A stretch of 64,000 nucleotides of DNA, from positions 2,624,001 to 2,688,000 of the forward strand of contig OZ244160.1 of NCBI GenBank assembly GCA_965216325.1, read 5' to 3'. Position 1 is the stretch's first letter; the number at the start of each line of letters is the position of its first letter. The DNA comes from Coraliomargarita sp. GTDB taxonomy: Bacteria; Verrucomicrobiota; Verrucomicrobiia; Opitutales; Coraliomargaritaceae. Positions 58,389-64,000 of the stretch are shown piece after piece. Both the position numbers and the translations under genes were made by a program. The notes under the pieces are model-generated. The model was given only the letters and a program-made list of their open reading frames with translations, was not told the origin of the DNA and made no database searches.

Positions 58389-59902
58389 TCGTTTCTGAAT
58401 TACTAGTGGTTCTTCTGCTTCCTTTGATCGGGAGTATCCTCTTGCTTCTCGCAAGTGGACAGCCTGCGGTGCAACGAGCCGGCGGGGTGCTGTTTTCGTC
58501 GGCTACCTTTGTCGCCTCGTTGTTTCTGTTGGCGTGTGTCGACGCGACGGGCTATCAAGTGATCCAAGTGGGCAATTGGTCGGCTCCCTTTGGCATTACG
58601 CTCATTGCAGACCGCTTTAGTGCAGTCATGGTCGCAGTGTCCTCATTTATGGGGGCAGCAGTTGCGTTTTTCTCGCTGGGCGAGATCGCGCATCAACGTT
58701 TGAAGCGCTATTTCTTCCCGCTTTATCTGTTGCTGATGTTTGGCGTGAATGGGGCCTTCGTCACGGGGGACTTGTTCAACCTCTTCGTTTGGTTCGAGAT
58801 CATGCTGATTGCGTCCTTCGTCCTCATGTCCTTGGGCGGCGAGAAGGCCGAGCTTGAGGGGGGCATCAAGTATGTCTGTTTGAATTTATTTTCGTCGTCC
58901 TTGTTCCTTGCCGGGGCAGGCATCATTTATGGTAAGACTGGAACCTTGAATATGGCCGACATCGCGCGTCAGATGCAGGGGAGTGAGGATGCCTTGTGGG
59001 TCTTGAGCAGTTCGATGCTTTTTCTGGTGGCCTTTGGCCTCAAAGCTGGGATTTTCCCGTTCTTCTTCTGGCTGCCGGCTTCGTATCATACGCCGCCATC
59101 GACGATCTCGGCGATTTTTGCCGGTTTGCTAACGAAGGTCGGCGTCTATGCGCTGTATCGTGCTTACACTTTGCTGTTTGTGCCGGTCTACGATGAAGTG
59201 GGCAGTTTGTTGGTGGTGCTCGCGGTGCTGACCATGGTCACGGGGGTCTTCGGTGCGGCCTCGCATTTTGATATGCGGCGTATTCTCTCGTTCCACATCG
59301 TCAGTCAGATCGGCTATATGATTTTGGGGTTGGCCTTGATGACGCCCTTGGCTCTGGCTGCTGGTATCTTTTATCTGGTGCACCATATTATTGTGAAGAC
59401 CAACCTGTTCCTTGTGAGTGGGGTGGTGATCCGGAAATATGGTAGCTGCGATCTTACCTTGGTGGGGGGGCTCAGTAAGTCGGCTCCCTTTTTAGCGGCC
59501 TTGTTCTTTATCCCGGCATTTTCGCTCGGGGGAATTCCGCCACTTTCCGGTTTTTGGGCAAAGTTTGCTCTCGTGAAGGCCGGTTTGGAGGCCCATGCGT
59601 GGTGGTCGGTGACTGCGGCGCTGTTGGTTGGTGTGTTGACGTTGTATTCGATGACCAAAATCTGGGCGGAAGCCTTCTGGAAGTCTCCGCCGGAGGGCTT
59701 GCAGCTGCGTGAGCGGAATCCACAGGTGGGAGTAATGGCGTGGATGCTGGCTCCAATTACCGTGCTAGCGTTGACGACGCTTGCGATCGGACTATTTGGT
59801 GAGCCATTATTTGAGTTCTCGCAACGTGCGGCTGATCAGTTGTTGGACCCGCAGGGCTATATTCAAGCAGTCTTCCCAGTAGGAATGGAGGGCGTGAAGT
59901 GA
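58385..59902 (+). CDS. mnhD: Mrp antiporter subunit D
   Basis: GDLFNLFVWFEIML, WLPASY, LLTKVGVY, GIPPLSGF. Confidence 0.95.
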   Translation: MIVSELLVVLLLPLIGSILLLLASGQPAVQRAGGVLFSSATFVASLFLLACVDATGYQVIQVGNWSAPFGITLIADRFSAVMVAVSSFMGAAVAFFSLGEIAHQRLKRYFFPLYLLLMFGVNGAFVTGDLFNLFVWFEIMLIASFVLMSLGGEKAELEGGIKYVCLNLFSSSLFLAGAGIIYGKTGTLNMADIARQMQGSEDALWVLSSSMLFLVAFGLKAGIFPFFFWLPASYHTPPSTISAIFAGLLTKVGVYALYRAYTLLFVPVYDEVGSLLVVLAVLTMVTGVFGAASHFDMRRILSFHIVSQIGYMILGLALMTPLALAAGIFYLVHHIIVKTNLFLVSGVVIRKYGSCDLTLVGGLSKSAPFLAALFFIPAFSLGGIPPLSGFWAKFALVKAGLEAHAWWSVTAALLVGVLTLYSMTKIWAEAFWKSPPEGLQLRERNPQVGVMAWMLAPITVLALTTLAIGLFGEPLFEFSQRAADQLLDPQGYIQAVFPVGMEGVK

Positions 59903-60225
59903 TGCGTTTGCTTGCGACCATCGACCTGTTCTTCTTCTTCGCGCTGGATGTGGTTCGGTCGACGGTGCGCGTTGCGGTGGATGTGTTGACACCAACGCAC
60001 CGGATGAAGCCAGGCATTATTTCGGTGGATGTGGCGGATATGACCGATCTACAGCTATTCGTCATGATGAATATGATCACGATGACGCCTGGCTCGATGG
60101 GGATTGGTCTTTCCTCTGATCGCACCAAGCTCTACCTACACATTATGTATTTGGATGGTGAGCTCAGTGAAGCGAAGGCCTCCTTTGAACAGTCTTACGG
60201 AAAGAAGGTGCGACGTGTTTTCTAA
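59899..60225 (+). CDS. mnhE: Mrp antiporter subunit E
   Basis: PGII, NMITMTPGS, LYLH. Confidence 0.9.
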   Translation: MMRLLATIDLFFFFALDVVRSTVRVAVDVLTPTHRMKPGIISVDVADMTDLQLFVMMNMITMTPGSMGIGLSSDRTKLYLHIMYLDGELSEAKASFEQSYGKKVRRVF

Positions 60226-60499
60226 TCTCCCGTTCCCACTCGCATTGGCTGCGATGATCTGCATGGCGCTCACGCTTGGATCATTTTTTTGCATGCTCTA
60301 CCGCATCATAAAAGGGCCGAGTGGCTTTGATCGTGTGGTTTCACTGGATCTACTGGGTAGCATCTGCCTCTGCCTGATCGTCTTGTGTGCAATTATCTTT
60401 GAACAGCAGGTGTTGATGGAAATCGCGTTCGCGATTGCGGTGGTGAACTTCCTCGGGACGATTGCGCTCGCGGGTTACCTTGGAAAGGCGAAAGACTAA
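60215..60499 (+). CDS. mnhF: Mrp antiporter subunit F
   Basis: RIIKGPSGFDRVVSLD, FLGTIA; start uncertain (GTG 60215 or ATG 60254). Confidence 0.88.
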   Translation: MFSNLPFPLALAAMICMALTLGSFFCMLYRIIKGPSGFDRVVSLDLLGSICLCLIVLCAIIFEQQVLMEIAFAIAVVNFLGTIALAGYLGKAKD

Positions 60500-60846
60500 T
60501 GGACTGGATCGTTGCAATCTTGATGGTCACGGGCATGTTTTTTGCCTTCGTTGCTTCGTTGGGGCTCGTGCGAATGCCGGATTTGTATACACGAATTCAT
60601 GCCGCGACCAAGGCCGGGGCCTTTGGCTCATCTGTGATCCTCTTTGCAGCTGCCTTGCATTTTGGCAGCTTGCGTGCGGCTGTTATGGCGGTCCTGGTGG
60701 TGGTGTTCTTCTATTTGACTACGCCCGTTGCGGCACAGGCCTTGAGCGATGCGGCACATCGTTTGCGTATACCTCAGTGGTCCGGCACCAAGCTTGACGA
60801 ACTCGCGGACGACGAGGCGGCGGATACAAACAAATCCGATTCTTAA
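60499..60846 (+). CDS. mnhG: Mrp antiporter subunit G
   Basis: GLVRMPDLYTRIHAATK, LTTPVAAQ. Confidence 0.93.
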   Translation: MDWIVAILMVTGMFFAFVASLGLVRMPDLYTRIHAATKAGAFGSSVILFAAALHFGSLRAAVMAVLVVVFFYLTTPVAAQALSDAAHRLRIPQWSGTKLDELADDEAADTNKSDS

Positions 60847-60893
60847 CCGAATGGACTTGCACTCTTGGGGCTCGCCGCTTGGTAAGTAGGCGC

Positions 60894-62534
60894 ATGAAAC
60901 CGACTCACCCTGTGCTTAGTATGTCTAAATTCAAAATAAGCTGCCTTCTCGTCTTATTGCTCTGTGCATGGAGCTCTCTGTTTGCCGGTGGCGGTGGCGG
61001 TCACGCTTCGGATATCGCGTTCCCGATTTCGGAGCTGGAATATATCGAGATGGAGAAACACGCCGCGGAAGATGCGGGTCTTGAAGCACTTAGCATCGTG
61101 GATCGCTTGGTCCTGCGCGCAAAGGCAGACCCGTTCAATATCGTCGCGACCTTGATTTTCCTTCTCGCGGTGGTGCATACCTTCCTCTCATCCACGTTCA
61201 ATAAGCTCGCGCACAAGTATGAGCACGAGCACCAGGAATGGCTCAAAGACCACGATAAATACTACGTGGAGGGTAAGCAGCCAGTTAGCTTTAAGGCGAC
61301 GTTGTTTCACTTCCTGGGAGAGGTGGAAGCGATCTTTGGTATTTGGCTGATCCCGCTTTTGATTTCGATGATTTTGATGCAGCCGCACGGTATCGAGATC
61401 GTTTCGCACTACATCGATAATCGAAACTATACCGAGCCGATGTTCGTGGTGATTATCATGGCGATCGCCTCCAGCCGTCCGGTGATTCAGTTTGCGGAGA
61501 CCTGCATGCGTGCAGTGGCATCGATTGGTAAGCAGAGTCCTGCTGCCTGGTGGCTCTCGATTCTGGTTGTCGCACCACTCCTCGGTTCCTTTATTACCGA
61601 GCCGGCCGCAATGACGATTGCTGCGCTTCTTTTGGCTCAGCAATTCTACAAGTTGGAGCCAACCAGCACCTTCAAATATGCAACCATCGGCCTGCTTTTC
61701 GTGAATGTTTCCGTTGGTGGCACACTAACGCACTTCGCAGCGCCTCCGGTTCTTATGGTGGCTGGTGAATGGAACTGGAATATGCCGTTCATGTTTACCC
61801 ATTTCGGCTGGCGTGCGATCCTCGGCATTCTATTTGCGACTGCGGTTTACTACTTTATCTTCCGTAAGAATTTTGTCACCTTGGCGGCGAAGGCGAATGC
61901 GCTTGCCGCGGAGACTACTGCCGAGCCAGAGCCAGAGCCAGCGCCGCTGTGGATCATTCTAACTCACTTGGCTTTTGTTGCTTGGACGGTGATTACGCTG
62001 CACCACCCGGCCTTCTTCATCGGTGGCTTCCTATTCTTTATCGCCTTCACGATGGCGACGCATCACCACCAGTATGAGATTAAGCTGAAGTCACCGCTCT
62101 TGGTCGGTTTCTTCCTTGCGGGTCTCGTGACGCATGGTGGTCTGCAGGGCTGGTGGATTTCGCCGGTGCTGAGTGCACTCGCGGAAGTGCCACTGTTCAT
62201 CGGTGCAACTGTGCTGACTGCGTTTAATGACAATGCAGCGATTACTTATCTGGCCGCTCAGGTGCCGGCATTTAGCCCGGAGACTATGGTCGCTGGGCAA
62301 TGGGTCTCCAAGACCGGTGCGGCGCTTGCCAATGCACAGGGTCTTGAATACGCCGTGGTCGCTGGTGCGGTGACGGGTGGTGGTTTGACCGTGATCGCAA
62401 ATGCGCCGAACCCAGCTGGTCAGAGCATTCTGAGCAAGTTTTTCACAGATGGTGTTTCTCCGATGAAGCTACTATTAGGTGCGCTGTTCCCGACCTTGGT
62501 GATGGCCGTCATGTTCATGGTCCTGCCTCACTAA
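60894..62534 (+). CDS. Putative Na+/H+ antiporter (DUF1504-like)
   Basis: HFLGEVEAIFGIW, GSFITEPAAMT, NVSVGGTLTHFAAPPVLMVA, GGGLTVIANAPNPAG; start uncertain. Confidence 0.8.
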   Translation: MKPTHPVLSMSKFKISCLLVLLLCAWSSLFAGGGGGHASDIAFPISELEYIEMEKHAAEDAGLEALSIVDRLVLRAKADPFNIVATLIFLLAVVHTFLSSTFNKLAHKYEHEHQEWLKDHDKYYVEGKQPVSFKATLFHFLGEVEAIFGIWLIPLLISMILMQPHGIEIVSHYIDNRNYTEPMFVVIIMAIASSRPVIQFAETCMRAVASIGKQSPAAWWLSILVVAPLLGSFITEPAAMTIAALLLAQQFYKLEPTSTFKYATIGLLFVNVSVGGTLTHFAAPPVLMVAGEWNWNMPFMFTHFGWRAILGILFATAVYYFIFRKNFVTLAAKANALAAETTAEPEPEPAPLWIILTHLAFVAWTVITLHHPAFFIGGFLFFIAFTMATHHHQYEIKLKSPLLVGFFLAGLVTHGGLQGWWISPVLSALAEVPLFIGATVLTAFNDNAAITYLAAQVPAFSPETMVAGQWVSKTGAALANAQGLEYAVVAGAVTGGGLTVIANAPNPAGQSILSKFFTDGVSPMKLLLGALFPTLVMAVMFMVLPH

Positions 62535-62555
62535 TCGAGCTATCAACAATTTTCC

Positions 62556-62589
62556 AAGACCCCGTGCGTTCGAGCCGGGGTCTTTTTTT
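62556..62589 (+). terminator. Rho-independent terminator
   Basis: AAGACCCCG...CGGGGTCTT followed by a T tract. Confidence 0.75.
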
Positions 62590-62688
62590 GCCGTATCCGC
62601 AGCGCCTGCCGTTGGTTGCTGTAGAACTCGGGTTGAATATTCGGCTCTCTTGTGTAGCCTGTATGTAAAACCCAACGCTACGACTGTT

Positions 62689-63507
62689 ATGCCCAAAAAG
62701 AAGACGCTCAAAGCCACAGCCAAGCCCAAGAAATTAAGCAAGGAGAACTACGAGGCTGAGATTGAACGCCTGCAGGACGAGCTCGTCCATTTGCAGCAAT
62801 GGGTTGTCGCCAAAGGCTTGCGGGTGGTTGTTATCTTCGAGGGGCGTGATGCCGCCGGCAAAGGGGGGGTGATTAAGCGTATTAGCGAGCGGGTGAGTCC
62901 GCGTGTGTTTCGTGTGGTGGCGCTTCCGGCACCTACCGAGCGAGAGAAGACGCAGCTCTATTTTCAGCGCTATATTCAGCATCTGCCTGCGGCGGGGGAG
63001 GTCATCCTGTTTGACCGCAGTTGGTATAATCGCGCAGGTGTGGAACGTGTGATGGGCTTTTGCACAGATGAACAGCATCAGGACTTCCTGCGGATGTGCC
63101 CGGGCTTCGAACGCTGGTTTACGGACCAAGGAATTATTCTGCTGAAATACTGGTTGGATGTCGGCAACAAGGAGCAAGAGAAACGTTTCATGAAGCGGAT
63201 CACCGATCCGAAGCGACGCTGGAAGCTAAGCCCAATGGACCTCGAGTCGCGTCGTCGCTGGTATGATTATTCGCGAGCGCGTGATGAGATGTTCGCGGCC
63301 ACCGATACGACCTGGGCACCGTGGTATTTAGTCGATTCGAATGATAAGAAACGCGCACGACTGAATTGTATTTCGCACCTGCTCTCTAAGATTCCATACG
63401 AGCACGTGGATCATCCCGAGATCAAGCTACCCAAGCGCTCACGAAAGGGCGCCTACGATACCGGAGCGTCCGTCGAACACCGCAACTGGGTGCCGGATCT
63501 CTATTAA
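62689..63507 (+). CDS. ppk2: Polyphosphate kinase 2
   Basis: FEGRDAAGKGG, FDRSWYNRAGVERVMGF, WKLSPMD. Confidence 0.95.
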   Translation: MPKKKTLKATAKPKKLSKENYEAEIERLQDELVHLQQWVVAKGLRVVVIFEGRDAAGKGGVIKRISERVSPRVFRVVALPAPTEREKTQLYFQRYIQHLPAAGEVILFDRSWYNRAGVERVMGFCTDEQHQDFLRMCPGFERWFTDQGIILLKYWLDVGNKEQEKRFMKRITDPKRRWKLSPMDLESRRRWYDYSRARDEMFAATDTTWAPWYLVDSNDKKRARLNCISHLLSKIPYEHVDHPEIKLPKRSRKGAYDTGASVEHRNWVPDLY

Positions 63508-63518
63508 TTTTATTAGCC

Positions 63519-63622
63519 GTAGGGACGTTGCTCGCGACGCCCGCCTACGTTGACAGTTCATGCCTTGAGCGGGGTCCGCCATTCGGTCTGAGCTCATGGT
63601 CGAAGACAAGCGAAGCCCCTAC
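63519..63622. repeat. GTAG REP doublet (family of 30332) with nested insertion
   Basis: GTAGGGACGTTGCTCGCGACGCCCGC...GCGGGGTCCGC[28 nt]AAGCGAAGCCCCTAC. Confidence 0.75.
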
Positions 63623-63644
63623 ATTGGATTCAGCCTCAGAAGTT

Positions 63645-64000
63645 ATGATTCGATCACTAAGAACACTGGCAAGTCGTCGCTATGGTTTGACCTTTCTGGT
63701 GCTCGGTGGATTGGCCTTGCTCTTGAGTAATCTTCTAGGAGCAGAGGAAGCTGCCGAAATTGTTGAGTCCGCGGCGAATGAGATCGCGTGGCCGACGGTG
63801 TGGATGCAGCTTTTCGGTGGGCTGGCTCTCTTTCTTCTTGGTATGGAAGTGATGTCCGATGCGATCAAAGCTGTTGCAGGTGATGGACTGCGGGGCTTCT
63901 TGCAACGGATGACGGGGAACCGCTTTCTCGGAGCATTCTCCGGCGCCTTGATTACGGGGATATTGAACTCGTCTTCAGTGACCACTGTGTTGGTCGTGGG
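63645..64000 (+). CDS. Na/Pi cotransporter family protein (partial, runs off window)
   Basis: Manual translation: LFGGLALFLLGMEVMSDAIKAVAGDGLRGFLQRMTGNRFLGAFSGALITGILNSSSVTTVLVV. Confidence 0.85.
   Translation, partial: MIRSLRTLASRRYGLTFLVLGGLALLLSNLLGAEEAAEIVESAANEIAWPTVWMQLFGGLALFLLGMEVMSDAIKAVAGDGLRGFLQRMTGNRFLGAFSGALITGILNSSSVTTVLVV

Noticed and set aside
63680..63985. 101-aa minus-strand ORF at the right edge
   Set aside because: Antisense to the Na/Pi cotransporter, which the ORF track missed because it runs off the window.

Overview
A 64-kb bacterial chromosomal window, most likely from a marine Verrucomicrobiota (Opitutales/Coraliomargarita-like) genome. That placement is inferred from the DUF1501-DUF1549/1553-planctomycete cytochrome module, LpxI, split Pta and the Mrp/Na+ transporters. 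Most of the window is housekeeping or transport: cimA, feoAB, tRNA-Leu(CAG), an ROK kinase, a stand-alone fusA, aldA, alaS, leuB, an MlaEFD-PqiC system, sucCD, dus, dxs, xseB, pta, murJ, lpxI, leuS, mnhA-G, ppk2 and a Na/Pi cotransporter. Five features stand out. (1) Inverted arrays of TTCGATG-like heptamers enclose a four-helix-bundle gene between leuB and alaS, and recur as an empty copy that supplies the start codon of dus. (2) A sigma-54 promoter sits in front of two roadblock/LC7 genes and an NtrC-like protein with a degenerate receiver domain. (3) A RAYT-like Y1 transposase is bounded by perfect 23-bp terminal inverted repeats and partly duplicated in tandem next to an IS1380 remnant. 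(4) A doubly deleted group II intron is fused to a 43-bp IS end next to the tRNA. (5) Several GTAG-REP families are present, some carrying a nested TTCGA..TCGAA mini-hairpin. All family assignments come from motif recognition by eye; no database searches were run.
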